From a virus: a stretch of 64,000 nucleotides of DNA. Under the pieces are notes generated by a model that searched no databases, was not told where the DNA came from, and worked only from the letters and a program-made list of their open reading frames with translations. Both the position numbers and the translations under genes were made by a program. Below, in pieces: positions 18,601-28,452 of the stretch (positions within the stretch are counted from its first letter, which is position 1; every line of letters begins with the position of its first letter). Location of the stretch: positions 1-64,000 of IMG/VR virus record IMGVR_UViG_3300007760_001422; one strand, written 5' to 3'.

Positions 18601-18840
18601 AAAAGTCTCTACAATATCGTTTATAAAGCGATATCTTTCCTTTACCATTTCGAGTCTTTGTATTTCATCGCTAGCTTCTGTTTGTGCAATTTTAAGCGAA
18701 TCTGTGCGATTGCGAAGACTATCTTCAAACAGCTGCTTTCTTTCGGTCCAAAGTTTGTTGCCGCGTTCTATTTCTTCGTTGTATTCGCGTTGGCGCGCCA
18801 GTTCCTCTTCGGTGGGCGGATTATTGTTGTTGTCGGCCAT
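15673..18840 (-). CDS. tail tape measure protein
   Basis: 1055 aa; helical N-terminus, Ala/Gly-rich hydrophobic repeats, C-terminal VQVTLDGDVVG; position downstream of tube and chaperone. Confidence 0.85.
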   Translation of the reverse strand: MADNNNNPPTEEELARQREYNEEIERGNKLWTERKQLFEDSLRNRTDSLKIAQTEASDEIQRLEMVKERYRFINDIVETFKIEQEHDARRLDQEQKMANARLEELDIRERALLNEERKLVAEGHSAEIAREILQSEHDQLTVLQSELEVEYDILATKKEQITATQKTNEITQDWLQSVTGVSERWKDTLAGSIILTKDIKKSMHAMAAGFMELMSPANVMGTVLMAVKEESIALMKAFDETTVAVDRATSQFGKFDNQVMESFQSQRHMIIGMESVRDATIDLSKNMKDFNDLNKEQQTELVNFTSMMDKLGVATGESGELFDDFTKSLGLGVTRSKQIYKELLGTAKAIKMPFDEMIKGMKAAMPVLAAYGSRAPQIFKRVAAAARATGVETQRLLSIFSQFDTFEDAADKVGKLNAILGGSYLNSVEMMAADEEERIRLMLQGIEASGKSWESMGKFERKAIAAAAGIQDMNEANKLFGKGLVGYDQMLAKSEANAAGQKELEDASRSLTTMTEKLKEVWTLFAVSLAPVLDLLHGFFDAIFEINKATGGYFIPLMIGLVGVWWAFNAVMGFVLARKKLALIAQLAENAASATAMGQNTVLIGQEATLTAEKMAEAGASTTLAGAEKGVVMGKGAEVKANTALIAQGPAVTGSITAQSGAIGVLGAVAALSAVQIIALGAGIALAAIGIGTGIALAAWGIGVMAEGMKGLGWEALALSINVAILAGTFYFLVPALTAAATALAGLAAAGTPAAPILLAIGATALMIGSAIALAALGVGEMSRGLAEMGPNAWQAAIVVGALAGSMALMAFVSAKLSIGLGALAIGLTAMLIPIFGVGAAIKWISPELESLGKIFTGLGTASTNLSTGTKTAFDTILDIGDKGFAIASSITLIIGAITRLGGAIEKLPSSTTLEVLAKMEDIPEAKMAALTGVFTGFENMPSAAMVEAGLALEKTAQAAETIRPEVVENTKGLVDQAVRYTEFIQENKVAAAENPAFERLVDKLAKVLGATGAAAKGSDAGKKGSPVIVQVTLDGDVVGQTAEIYLENKYRLLT

Positions 18841-18854
18841 GCATTATAATTTCC

Positions 18855-19193
18855 TTATTTAAATGGCCACTTAAGGCCAGTTTCTTTTTCGAAATTTTTG
18901 ACCGCTTTATCTAAATTATATTTAGACTGATATGTTCTGTCGTCTCCGAGTCCATATCTTCTAAAACTCTGCATGTAACTTTTTTCACCATTCATGGCGT
19001 TTGCAAAAGATTTAATTTCCGAAGGGGTGCCACGAACCGAAACAGGCAAGCCGCTTGGTACATCGCCAAGAAGCCTTCTCATAAGAAGCTTAACTTGGCC
19101 AGCGAACATATCGATCCAGCCTTCGTTTAATTCATTTTTTCGGTGTATCCCTAAATCAACGACCATGGGAACTAAATCATTATTATCTTCCAT
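18855..19193 (-). CDS. hypothetical protein
   Basis: 112-aa ORF with AGGAGGAG RBS and CTAATTA motif upstream. Confidence 0.75.
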   Translation of the reverse strand: MEDNNDLVPMVVDLGIHRKNELNEGWIDMFAGQVKLLMRRLLGDVPSGLPVSVRGTPSEIKSFANAMNGEKSYMQSFRRYGLGDDRTYQSKYNLDKAVKNFEKETGLKWPFK

Positions 19194-19263
19194 AATGAAA
19201 ACTCCTCCTTTTTATAATTAGTAGTGTAATGAAAATAGATAGAGGAAGGCATGCTTAAAAAAC

Positions 19264-19459
19264 TTATCTCGATTTCTTTTTCGCCTTTTCATATTCTTTG
19301 CGCTCATCTTCAAACTGCTTAATCAATCTTCTGACAAACCATTCTCTTATTAAAATGGGAAGGTTGTATGCCTCGATAAAGCTCCAGCCGCCATGGTGTT
19401 TTAAGACAAAAAATTGTTCATAAACGCTTTCAATATATTGATCATCTAGGCCAAAAAAA
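19264..19459 (-). CDS. tail assembly chaperone C-terminal extension (frameshift product, gpGT-like)
   Basis: Frame FFGLDDQYIESVYEQFFVLKHHGGWSFIEAYNLPILIREWF has no good start of its own and overlaps the T7 run at 19453-19459. Confidence 0.65.
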
Positions 19460-20305
19460 GTCCGTCGTAAACGGCACCTCCATTTCTTGTTCATAGCCGC
19501 AATTTTCACAATCAAATGTTTGGCTAAGATCAATGTTTGGGGCTGATTTTGAATAAAATTCTCTAAGGTATTTTGAGTCTAGTGCTGGCATGTTTGCTAC
19601 CAACGTGTTGACTGCTTGCCGGTCTGAATCGCCATTGACAGACTGAATTAAATACCTGCATTGGTCTGTCACGTTGCTATCGGGGAGATTATTTTTTGTT
19701 CTCTTTTCCATGGATTTCACGATTGCTTTTTCGTCAGCGCTGGTCAGCAGTCTAATTCCAACTTCAGCTTTGGTTTTCGGCAGCGTGACATAAAATAGGC
19801 CATCTCTTTCTTCCGCATCATATTCATCAGAAAAATCTTCGCCATGATTTAGCTCTGCCTCATCTAGATCAAATTCAAACTGAACCGATTTTGCGCATGC
19901 TGGGCACTGGACTCTTGTTTTATAGTCTGCCCCATATCCACTTACTCTAGCTGCTACAACAAGAGCGTTTTTGTCTCCAACAAGCAAGTCGGCAATTTTA
20001 ACATTTTTATCGATAATTATATTTTGCAAAAGCCTATCTATTGCAATTCCCTTTCTTAAAAGGGATTTCGATGTCAAAATATCTTCATCTTTTGCGGTCA
20101 TAAACCTAATTTCTATGCTCTCTGCATTGTGCAGTGGATGGCCTTCGGGATAAAACCTGCCCTTGCTTGGCAATTCAACAAATTCCGTGGGAGTTGCAAA
20201 AGAAAAAGATGCAGTGGGATCACTATTTGTTTTATTATTGTCCTGTTCTGTAAAGGCTGTAGGTGGTGGGTCAGAGTTTATTCTTTTCTCATTTCTTGAT
20301 GTCAT
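19442..20305 (-). CDS. baseplate hub / tail assembly chaperone (T4 gp26-like)
   Basis: VELPSKGRFY, MTAKDEDIL, CPAC and CENC zinc pairs, C-terminal VPFTTDFFWP. Confidence 0.8.
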   Translation of the reverse strand: MTSRNEKRINSDPPPTAFTEQDNNKTNSDPTASFSFATPTEFVELPSKGRFYPEGHPLHNAESIEIRFMTAKDEDILTSKSLLRKGIAIDRLLQNIIIDKNVKIADLLVGDKNALVVAARVSGYGADYKTRVQCPACAKSVQFEFDLDEAELNHGEDFSDEYDAEERDGLFYVTLPKTKAEVGIRLLTSADEKAIVKSMEKRTKNNLPDSNVTDQCRYLIQSVNGDSDRQAVNTLVANMPALDSKYLREFYSKSAPNIDLSQTFDCENCGYEQEMEVPFTTDFFWPR

Positions 20306-20328
20306 TGTTACCTCTTAATTTATTGTAA

Positions 20329-20877
20329 TTAGGCTAATTCGAACAATCCTGCTCCAGATGATGAAATTAGCTCTGCCCAGTCATATCTCACGGTCAACTC
20401 TAGATCGGTAAGTGCATCCTCTTCATAAGAAAGCTCACTAAATGTAACCTTTCGAAGCCATGCGTTCTTAAATGTCCACGTTTCAAGTGCGCCTTCACCG
20501 GTTGCGTCAATAATTTCAACGCTAAGTTCTCCCAGTTCTGATATGGCGCTAGCCTTGTCCATTGTAGATAGGCTGTTCATATCTTTTGGGGGACTATATC
20601 CTGCATTTTGAATAATGGTCGACATAACCTCCGCGGCATCAGGGGTGATGGGATCAACCAGTGTGAAGTTCACCTCTGACCATTTGACTCGGCCGGGATA
20701 ATAAAAAGTATGATTAAGATAAGCATGTTCTGCTTCTTGAACCTCTATTTCCGGTCGTGATACTTTTTTAACCAACCATTGAATGTTATCAAAGCTGCCT
20801 AGCGTCAACACAAATCTAAACGCACGTTTAGGGTCTTGAAGTGGTGCCGACCAAAAATTCGTATTCTTATCTGCCAT
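20329..20877 (-). CDS. tail tube protein (gp19-like)
   Basis: PKRAFRF, YYPGRVKW..V.FTLVDP, ETW...NAW, LSY...LTVRYDWA; directly downstream of the sheath. Confidence 0.88.
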   Translation of the reverse strand: MADKNTNFWSAPLQDPKRAFRFVLTLGSFDNIQWLVKKVSRPEIEVQEAEHAYLNHTFYYPGRVKWSEVNFTLVDPITPDAAEVMSTIIQNAGYSPPKDMNSLSTMDKASAISELGELSVEIIDATGEGALETWTFKNAWLRKVTFSELSYEEDALTDLELTVRYDWAELISSSGAGLFELA

Positions 20878-20930
20878 TATCTTTTATTCTCCTCATAATA
20901 TATAGTAGTTAATTAGCTTTTTAATATCGC

Positions 20931-23891
20931 CTAGTCCTCAAACGCCGCTCCATCGTTTGTAATTACAAAATCAATTGCAATAAATTCAATAGCTTTAGCC
21001 GGTTTCAAGAAAATCTTTGCATACATAATATTTCTGTCAACAAGATCCGGTGTAGTGGTTGTTTCATCCAACACTATTTTATAATTTTCCAAACCTTGAT
21101 TGGCTTTAATATTTGCCAAGAATGGCTCCACTTGACCTCTAAATCTTGCCCACGTTGTTCGCGTATTCTGCGCGAACAATAATCTAGATGCAATTCTAGA
21201 AATTTCTTTTTTCACAAGTACCATCAGGCGGCGAACATTAATTCTGTCGAGCGCCGACAATGATGCCTGTAAAGTTTTCTGGCCAAAAATAACAACTCCT
21301 TCCGCCGGGAAAGTGGCAATAGGATTGATATTGTTTTCATATAATTTGTCTCTTTCGCTGGACTTTAGCTTCTCTCGCGTCTGTACAACCGGCAACCCTG
21401 CCGCGCCTTCAGACAAGCCACCTCTGGTGAAGCCGGCGGGTGCGAACCACGCTGCTGAATTGGCCTCGGCACTGCCCATGACACCAAGCGCCACAACTGA
21501 TGGCGGTACCCAAACAAGCGCATTATTCAGTGAGTCGCGAATCTGCACCCACGGATAGTAACAACAGCCATAGCTGTTATTCAGCTTTCTCGCTTTAATG
21601 TTGGTGACCGCGGTGGAAACGCTACCAAGCCTGTTTTCAGGATCCGATGAGGATTCTGCAGCTGTCTGATATCCCGTGTCCAAGTCAATAATCGCTAGTG
21701 CGTCCGCTCTGTCCTCGCACGTATCGAGCAATCTAGAGGTTAAGGACTCGTTGTATATACCGGGCATGGCAGCCAAGTTATATTCAACATCTTCGGGATT
21801 TGATATCGTATCAATTGCCCTCTTAATCGTATAATAAGCGTAGCTAGAAAGCTCATTGGAGGCCGCTTTTGTGGTTGTGTTATTAAAGGGATCTGCCTCT
21901 TTAATATTAACACCTTGCGAGCCGCCATGGAACACCGTAGTGAATTGATCAAAACCGGCATCTATAATGTTTTGATAGCCGCCGCCTGCAGCGTTCTTCG
22001 ATGTACCATCGTGGTAAGAACCAGAAATGTACCATGCTTTCGCCGGCGAAGAACCTGTGGTGCTACCGCTAACATCATCAAGCGTGAAATACCACGATGA
22101 TTCTACACACGATGTTGAGTCCGTGATGCTTGATGGTAGCGTTCGAACGATATCCTGAACGCTGCGCGCATATCTAGTCTTATTTGCATTCGGAGATGAA
22201 CCATGTATCGACAAGTCCACACCAAAGAATGTTTTTGTCTCGTCGCCCAGATCCAAATCGGCACTGTTTGAGCGAAGAGGAATTGTCGGGAAAACAAATG
22301 AAGCTGTAACATTTCTATTGTCCCCCCATGTGCCAGAGATGAAGCCATATTGACTTGCTCCTTCGGACACACCATATCCACCAACATTTGGTATGTCATC
22401 GTGGCCAACCACGAACGTTTGTGCGCTAGCGGAAGTGGCATGCTCCGAGCCAAGAAGAAGGGCAGTTGTTGAGCCTGTCTGATCGTTAACAGTCACCTGA
22501 CTACCAGAGCCGATTGATGTAAAGCCTTTAAATCTTGGAGGACCATATACGCCAAATGGTAAACACTCTGCATTTATTTTACCGTCAGCAACATCGCCGT
22601 TAACTTCGACCCTGACTCTCTTGGATACATTGGGCCAGTCGCCAAACTCGCGTAATCTTTGTTCTGTATCGTCCCACGTAGTATATTTTGTACCAATTTT
22701 TCTTCCAACATAATTAATTGAATTCGGGTTCAAATTACACTGCGTATATCGCTCAATGTTTCGTGGGCGTTTGTCCGTATCTGACATGCGCCGGATAGAT
22801 AAAGTGAACGTACCATACGCGTCCACATCTTGATTGGGAGAGGGCTTGATGTCCGAAATGGAAACCTTAACATTGTTTTGGTCCCACGTGCCCGGGCTCA
22901 AACACACCAACCTGAAGAGTTTTTGCATGTTTTGTGGATTATATGATGCCGTATCGTTGGTGAGATCCTGTGAAAAGAACCAACCGGTTCTTGCTTCCTC
23001 TGCATCTTTTTGTACAATACCCTTGTTAGCGCTGCCACTCTGCAGGGCCAAAATAACACCGAATTGTTGGCCGGCACTGGAGCCGGTTACGGTGGCGTTA
23101 ACATAGTCTTCATACGTCTCGCCAAGCCAATAAGTTTTAGCGGTGCCCTTGGTCACAGTGCTGTTAGTGAGCGTAGGGTTGGTGTTAAAAACTTTACGAA
23201 TAAATTTATCAGAATTTATATTAAAGTTAAAGGAGTGATCGACAAAATTTGTTACAGTTCCGTTCGCACCACCCGTATCAATTTGAAGTTTGAATTCTTT
23301 ATCTGCGCCTTGGGTTTGAACCCACGTGGCGGCGCGAGCGGCAGAAACTGCAGCGGCGTTGCCAAATGATTCGCCGGTTGTACCAGATAGTCTGATGCTT
23401 CCGGTTTCCAGATACCACACGGCTGCAAGGGTGCCTGTTAAATTTGATGTTGCGCTGCCGCTATCAATAATAAACAAGCCGTATGCACCACCATTAGAGC
23501 CAGAGGTGGTGGTGGCGGTGGAATTCGCTGTCTCCCAACCGGCCTCACCTTGATCTGCTGTATAATTTGTGTGTGCATAACCCAACAATCTCACTATAGT
23601 TACTGGGTTGTTGTTTTTTAAGTAGGCTTGTGCAGCATAAGATGCATAAGTGGGCGCTAGTGATTGTCCGTTTCTCCAAATATCAGTTCCGCCGAGCCCT
23701 GCTTCTGGTTCTCCAAAAATTTCTACAAATTCTGAAAACGACTGTACGGTAATCGGCTTCATAGCTGGGCCGCGGGTTGTGCGTCCGATGATTACTGGAC
23801 CCATTCGCGCGGGTGCAGATTCGATCTGTGATTGATCGATTTCATCGATGAAAACTCCGGGCGAAACAAACTTAAATTTTTTAACAGACAT
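20931..23891 (-). CDS. contractile tail sheath protein (gp18-like)
   Basis: FVSPGVFIDEID, YYPWV, WFAPAGFTRG, LYENNINPI, GQKTLQ..SALDRINVRRL, AIEFIAIDF. Confidence 0.96.
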   Translation of the reverse strand: MSVKKFKFVSPGVFIDEIDQSQIESAPARMGPVIIGRTTRGPAMKPITVQSFSEFVEIFGEPEAGLGGTDIWRNGQSLAPTYASYAAQAYLKNNNPVTIVRLLGYAHTNYTADQGEAGWETANSTATTTSGSNGGAYGLFIIDSGSATSNLTGTLAAVWYLETGSIRLSGTTGESFGNAAAVSAARAATWVQTQGADKEFKLQIDTGGANGTVTNFVDHSFNFNINSDKFIRKVFNTNPTLTNSTVTKGTAKTYWLGETYEDYVNATVTGSSAGQQFGVILALQSGSANKGIVQKDAEEARTGWFFSQDLTNDTASYNPQNMQKLFRLVCLSPGTWDQNNVKVSISDIKPSPNQDVDAYGTFTLSIRRMSDTDKRPRNIERYTQCNLNPNSINYVGRKIGTKYTTWDDTEQRLREFGDWPNVSKRVRVEVNGDVADGKINAECLPFGVYGPPRFKGFTSIGSGSQVTVNDQTGSTTALLLGSEHATSASAQTFVVGHDDIPNVGGYGVSEGASQYGFISGTWGDNRNVTASFVFPTIPLRSNSADLDLGDETKTFFGVDLSIHGSSPNANKTRYARSVQDIVRTLPSSITDSTSCVESSWYFTLDDVSGSTTGSSPAKAWYISGSYHDGTSKNAAGGGYQNIIDAGFDQFTTVFHGGSQGVNIKEADPFNNTTTKAASNELSSYAYYTIKRAIDTISNPEDVEYNLAAMPGIYNESLTSRLLDTCEDRADALAIIDLDTGYQTAAESSSDPENRLGSVSTAVTNIKARKLNNSYGCCYYPWVQIRDSLNNALVWVPPSVVALGVMGSAEANSAAWFAPAGFTRGGLSEGAAGLPVVQTREKLKSSERDKLYENNINPIATFPAEGVVIFGQKTLQASLSALDRINVRRLMVLVKKEISRIASRLLFAQNTRTTWARFRGQVEPFLANIKANQGLENYKIVLDETTTTPDLVDRNIMYAKIFLKPAKAIEFIAIDFVITNDGAAFED

Positions 23892-23946
23892 CCTTTATTT
23901 CTCCTTGCATATTCTAGGGGGTAAAAATGCTTTGTCTTTACTTTAA

Positions 23947-23953
23947 TAAATAG
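23947..23953 (-). promoter_or_regulatory. putative late promoter motif CTATTTA before the sheath gene
   Basis: Recurrent intergenic heptamer. Confidence 0.55.
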
Positions 23954-23978
23954 TAATTAAAATATTGAAAATCCATAT

Positions 23979-24836
23979 TTAAGATCTATAAAATGTTTTA
24001 GTTAGGTCTCCGTGCTCCGGGGAGTCACTCAATACGACCCTTTCTCTCGGCATACGAACTTCCACTTTGTTTTCCCTAACCACTACCTTGGGGGTCTCCT
24101 GATTTTTATCTTCCCCTATTAAATAGCCTAAAATCTTAATATCTATCTTCGTCTTGTACTGTCTTTGCTCTTGTTCCATGGAGGCAACATTGTTGTCAAG
24201 CGAAAAATCTTGCTGTATAAATCCCGGATATTGATGGCTATTTTTATAAATTGTAAAATAATTTATTCCGCCAGTACGAGTTATAAACGGTGTAACAGCC
24301 TCGTTCATTTGCTGTTGATACTCTGTCATCATCGTGATCGAATATGTGACCTCAATATATGCCGGCATGGGGATCGATATCATTTGATATACAACTTTTT
24401 CATTTTCTTTTTTATTTCCGAACCCATCCTTCAATGGAAAATTATCTTGTTTAACGCTACTCTTCTTCCTGTCGGCGTTTGCAAATTCTGATGTTTTTTG
24501 TTGTTGTAGTTTTCTCGTCACCTGTATTGAACCACCCTTGTGATCTCCATTGGCTGGGATATTTCCCCAGAACATCCCCTTTCTAGCAGGATCTTTAACC
24601 ATAGCTGTTCGTTCGACTGTTATAAGGGGTAATATCAAAGAGCCTGTCGAATCGCGCATCTCTTTGCTGTTTTTAATCTGATGTGAACGTTCTGAAGATA
24701 CCCATAGTACTGGTGTTTTTTTCCACCCCTTGTTGGTGGTTGTATGAACGTCCATCTTTTGGTCTATCCAATCAAAAAAGGCAGCATCAATTACTTCTAT
24801 TGTAGAAGGCTCGACTGGGAATTCTTTACGCGGCAT
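23979..24836 (-). CDS. putative tail terminator / sheath stabiliser (gp15-like)
   Basis: ILPLITVER, IPMPAYIEVTYSI; synteny between neck and sheath. Confidence 0.6.
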   Translation of the reverse strand: MPRKEFPVEPSTIEVIDAAFFDWIDQKMDVHTTTNKGWKKTPVLWVSSERSHQIKNSKEMRDSTGSLILPLITVERTAMVKDPARKGMFWGNIPANGDHKGGSIQVTRKLQQQKTSEFANADRKKSSVKQDNFPLKDGFGNKKENEKVVYQMISIPMPAYIEVTYSITMMTEYQQQMNEAVTPFITRTGGINYFTIYKNSHQYPGFIQQDFSLDNNVASMEQEQRQYKTKIDIKILGYLIGEDKNQETPKVVVRENKVEVRMPRERVVLSDSPEHGDLTKTFYRS

Positions 24837-25320
24837 TAAACGTGCCCTCTCTGGCCTTAATACACTTAGCCTCTATTTCTATTTTGTGTTCAACTTGGCC
24901 AAACATTTCTTTTGGCTCATTTAGGGTAACAATTTCATAGTAATCGGTGCCGTATAAAACAAAATCACCTTCACGCACAAACATCTCTTGATCTTCTGTC
25001 AATCTTCTTTTGTGAAAATGTATTATAATCGATGGCCTTTTATCAATTCCAAAATTGGTAGTTGTGGTCTCAATCCCCTCCCACACAATCAACGCATATA
25101 CTCTCACTGGCGATAAAAATGTCTTTTTCATTGCCTCTCCGTATACCGGATGGAATTCGGTGTGTTCCAAGCTGATCGGATAATAAACAATTTGCTGGCC
25201 GATGACGCGCTCAATTAACTCATCGTTAACTTGCTTAACTAAATCCCTCTCTTTTTTCCCCAAAAACATTGGGGGAGGAGGGGCGGTGGGCTGTGACCAC
25301 TTATTATTTTCTTGCGACAC
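24826..25320 (-). CDS. putative head closure / neck protein (gp14-like)
   Basis: IGQQIVYY, VYGEA, VREGDFVLY...YYEIV; synteny. Confidence 0.6.
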   Translation of the reverse strand: MSQENNKWSQPTAPPPPMFLGKKERDLVKQVNDELIERVIGQQIVYYPISLEHTEFHPVYGEAMKKTFLSPVRVYALIVWEGIETTTTNFGIDKRPSIIIHFHKRRLTEDQEMFVREGDFVLYGTDYYEIVTLNEPKEMFGQVEHKIEIEAKCIKAREGTFNAA

Positions 25321-25335
25321 TTGCTTTTACCCTCG

Positions 25336-26601
25336 TCAGCCAACTATAATAGGAATAGGCGACATTGTTTGTATCTTGCCGACCTGCTCCACGATAGCTG
25401 CATCATTTTCCATTAATTTATTATAGGTTAACTCATCAAGAATTGTTTTAAGTTCTTCTCGTAATTTTTCTTGTTCTTGCTGGCCCTGCGTAATCAAATC
25501 TCCACCGTTTAGTTGTACTGAATCGCCCGGAATAGGTATGCTAGCAAATTTACTTCTTGCATATCCCAGCATTTCCTTGCACACCGAAAGGGCAAACCTA
25601 CGAATCCACTGCTTTCCAATTGAATTGATGTTGCCGTACGGCAAGTTTTCAAACGGCAAGGTATTCATATTGTTGATCCCTTCAATACCAGAAATTTTAT
25701 CCGGTGCAGATTCTTCCCATGGCTCTGAATCATATACATAAAATTCAATAAAGTACTTGTCTGGACTTTCATTAACTGGTGACGGATATAGCCTTATTTT
25801 ATTGTTTTTAATCTCGTACGAGTAGTGTGAATTTCTTGTATAAATTGCATCCTCAAAAGCCATGGCTTGTAGTTTATTTTGCCATGCCGGAATGATCTCA
25901 AATTGAGAATCGTCAGCAAATTGACCATAACTAGCTAGATTTCCAACAGTATTTAGGCCGCCATAATATCCATAAAATCTCCACATCGCATGCGGTGTTT
26001 TAAAATAAACTTTTGTAACATAAATTCTTTTATTTCCCACCTTACCATAAAAATCATTGGTTGAAGTGTTCGCACTAGAAGAGACGATCTGTTGTAGGTC
26101 ATAATCTTGTTTGCTGGCCACCACATCAAAAGATGCCGAATATATATTTCTTTCACCGCCGAGGCCTGCTTGAGTGGCCGCGTCTGCTCCCACTCTTTTA
26201 GCATATTGAAAATCAAACCTAGGATACTTGAGTGCAATATCAGAGCCTGAAAGTGATTCCCCCGATTTAATTTGGCCATCGTGATCAAAAGAGCCGGTTG
26301 AAGAACCAAGCATGTTTGATAGAACATTTTTTGACTGATGCAGATTGAGAATATATGAATATTCCAATACTGCGTCTTCATATGCTGAATATACTTGATT
26401 TTCTGTAATTTCTATGTTTAACGTGTCTCCGCCGAGTTTTTGGTAAACATATGCCACTTGGTCTGCGGCGCCGGATAAGAAATCTGTTGAACCGGCATAT
26501 ATCCCAAGCGGCAATGCGGCTTCAACACTGCCGACAGTTCCCGTTTCTGGTAGGACAATTGCGCTGGTTTCACTACTGGGTGTTAAAGTTGGAGTGGCCA
26601 C
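25336..26601 (-). CDS. neck / head-tail adaptor protein (gp13-like)
   Basis: YQKLGG..LNIEITENQ; C-terminal WIRRFAL..KEMLG..RSKF..IPIPG..VQLNG; GTG start at 26601 follows a GAGGAG RBS. Confidence 0.75.
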   Translation of the reverse strand: MATPTLTPSSETSAIVLPETGTVGSVEAALPLGIYAGSTDFLSGAADQVAYVYQKLGGDTLNIEITENQVYSAYEDAVLEYSYILNLHQSKNVLSNMLGSSTGSFDHDGQIKSGESLSGSDIALKYPRFDFQYAKRVGADAATQAGLGGERNIYSASFDVVASKQDYDLQQIVSSSANTSTNDFYGKVGNKRIYVTKVYFKTPHAMWRFYGYYGGLNTVGNLASYGQFADDSQFEIIPAWQNKLQAMAFEDAIYTRNSHYSYEIKNNKIRLYPSPVNESPDKYFIEFYVYDSEPWEESAPDKISGIEGINNMNTLPFENLPYGNINSIGKQWIRRFALSVCKEMLGYARSKFASIPIPGDSVQLNGGDLITQGQQEQEKLREELKTILDELTYNKLMENDAAIVEQVGKIQTMSPIPIIVG

Positions 26602-26641
26602 TGATTTTCTCCTCTTATTATAAGTAGTAAAAGGGCTAAGT

Positions 26642-26673
26642 AAAAGCCCCATGTTGAAGATTCAACATGGGGC
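26642..26673 (-). terminator. intrinsic terminator after the major capsid gene
   Basis: GCCCCATGTTGAA-TC-TTCAACATGGGGC followed by TTTT. Confidence 0.8.
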
Positions 26674-26705
26674 CCTTTTAAGAAACTAATTGTTATTGTT
26701 TGTGA

Positions 26706-28421
26706 TTAGCCAAGCATATCTTCGACAATAACCAGACCATACATATCAGGTCGTACCATCTTCTTCGCATAGCGGGTCATGACCCCCTTGCGCGGTACGA
26801 AGTCTTCCGTACCAAAGATAGTCGGCGTAACTTGTAGTGGCACATACGGAGCGTATACGTAGCCGCTTTCTAAGAAGCTTCCACCCTTACGTCCAACGAG
26901 CACAACATTTCTTAAGAAATATGGGTCAACCCATACATCCCATTTCTTGCTGATGCTACCCGCTTTAACTGCGCCTACGGTGCCTCTGTCTCCATCGGCC
27001 GTAATGTTGGCGCGGAATCCACTAGTGAACTCAAGAAGATTAGCAACCTCTGGTCCTACAACCAAGAAGTTAGCTCCGCCTCTTAAGGTCTTGCGGTGAA
27101 TTTGTGCCGAAACATCATTGATTGTTTCAACAAGCGTCTCATACCACTCTGAAACTGTACCGGTGAAATCGGGGAACAGGCTCTGGTTTGCTGCTGCGCC
27201 AGACTCTTTCTCAACAAATTTACCGGGCTTACGTGACCAGTAATAAGTCTTTGCAGTGGCACCCTTAACGAGATCCTCTAGGATTTCACGATCAATTTCC
27301 AAAGCAATGTGCTCTGAAAGTACGCTAGTAAGCTCAACCTCGGCATCCAAATTGTGATAGGCATTTAAGTCCTGACCAAGTTCCGGAGTCCACTTTGCTT
27401 TGAGCTTCTTGGTGATTGCAGTGACGGACACTGAATCAACGTTGATGTTAATCTCGGGAATATCAGCATTATTCTCAAGACCCCATGCACTTTGACCAAC
27501 AACAGCACCAAGTGCATTATTGGCGCCGGCCGCGGGTGTTCCACCAAGATCATCAGTTTGAGCATATGTAACGGTGTGTGCACCGGTCAAGTCAAACTTA
27601 AGATCATCGACACTTTCAGAACCAGTTGCTTGGAACACGACCAAAAGATCGGGGTTTTGACCAGTAGTAGAACCACTAACTTGAGTCAAACGACGAATCT
27701 GGCGACCTTGCGAATCTTGTGGTTTCGCTGCAGCGGTATTAACATCGCATTTAACTGTTACGAGGTTTTTAAGACTAAGCTGATCAAGAGCAGTAGCTGC
27801 TGCAGTGATCTTACCAATCCAGACAATGCTGCCGGAAAGATCCGGATCGTGACGACAGATGCGGTTGATATCTTCATTCGAAGCTCCAACCGTACCACTC
27901 TGGAATCCTGCGACGGTTACCGAGGAAGCAGAGCCTGTTGGTGAAGAATAACCATTGTTCAACGCATAGAATGCTGTCTCTGCATTCCCATCGGACAAAT
28001 CAACACCGCCCGTCACTTTTTGACCCAAGACGCCACCGCCGTAAACCGAGTCGCCTTCTGTTGCGCCTAGGCGCGTGTGACTATATTTAAAGTCCATGAA
28101 GAAAATCAGGCCCGAAGGCAAGCTCATGGGCTGTACGCTAACAAGATCGTTAGCGATAAGACCGCCGAATACACGGCGAACAATAGGGAACGCCACTGCG
28201 GCAAAGCCCTCGACATCACCGCCGGCCATGGTCGACGCGTGTGACTCACGAAGAAGTTCTTTTGCTTGATTCTCAAGAAGAACCGCCAGAGTCTCTTTGG
28301 AGCGCGCAGAGTTTATACCCTCTAGGAGCCCAGTTTTTTCCCATTTGGATAGAAGGGCGTGGCCCTCCTTAGCGAGATCGCGATTAACGATCCCTTCTGT
28401 TAATTTTTGCAAGACTGACAT
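26706..28421 (-). CDS. major capsid protein (T4 gp23-like)
   Basis: LLENQA, FPIVRRVF, VQPMSLPSGLIF, KLKAKWTPELGQDL.AYH.LDAEVEL, EIDREI, GYVYAPYVPL, PRKGVMTRY. Confidence 0.96.
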   Translation of the reverse strand: MSVLQKLTEGIVNRDLAKEGHALLSKWEKTGLLEGINSARSKETLAVLLENQAKELLRESHASTMAGGDVEGFAAVAFPIVRRVFGGLIANDLVSVQPMSLPSGLIFFMDFKYSHTRLGATEGDSVYGGGVLGQKVTGGVDLSDGNAETAFYALNNGYSSPTGSASSVTVAGFQSGTVGASNEDINRICRHDPDLSGSIVWIGKITAAATALDQLSLKNLVTVKCDVNTAAAKPQDSQGRQIRRLTQVSGSTTGQNPDLLVVFQATGSESVDDLKFDLTGAHTVTYAQTDDLGGTPAAGANNALGAVVGQSAWGLENNADIPEININVDSVSVTAITKKLKAKWTPELGQDLNAYHNLDAEVELTSVLSEHIALEIDREILEDLVKGATAKTYYWSRKPGKFVEKESGAAANQSLFPDFTGTVSEWYETLVETINDVSAQIHRKTLRGGANFLVVGPEVANLLEFTSGFRANITADGDRGTVGAVKAGSISKKWDVWVDPYFLRNVVLVGRKGGSFLESGYVYAPYVPLQVTPTIFGTEDFVPRKGVMTRYAKKMVRPDMYGLVIVEDMLG

Positions 28422-28452
28422 TTATTTTTCCTCCCTTTATAATTTGTTTTGA

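Noticed and set aside
15692-18849. Long plus-strand ORFs opposite the tape measure gene (and similar ones opposite fibre, hub and SbcC genes)
   Set aside because: Antisense shadows of Ala/Gly-rich or codon-biased genes; no recognisable motifs.
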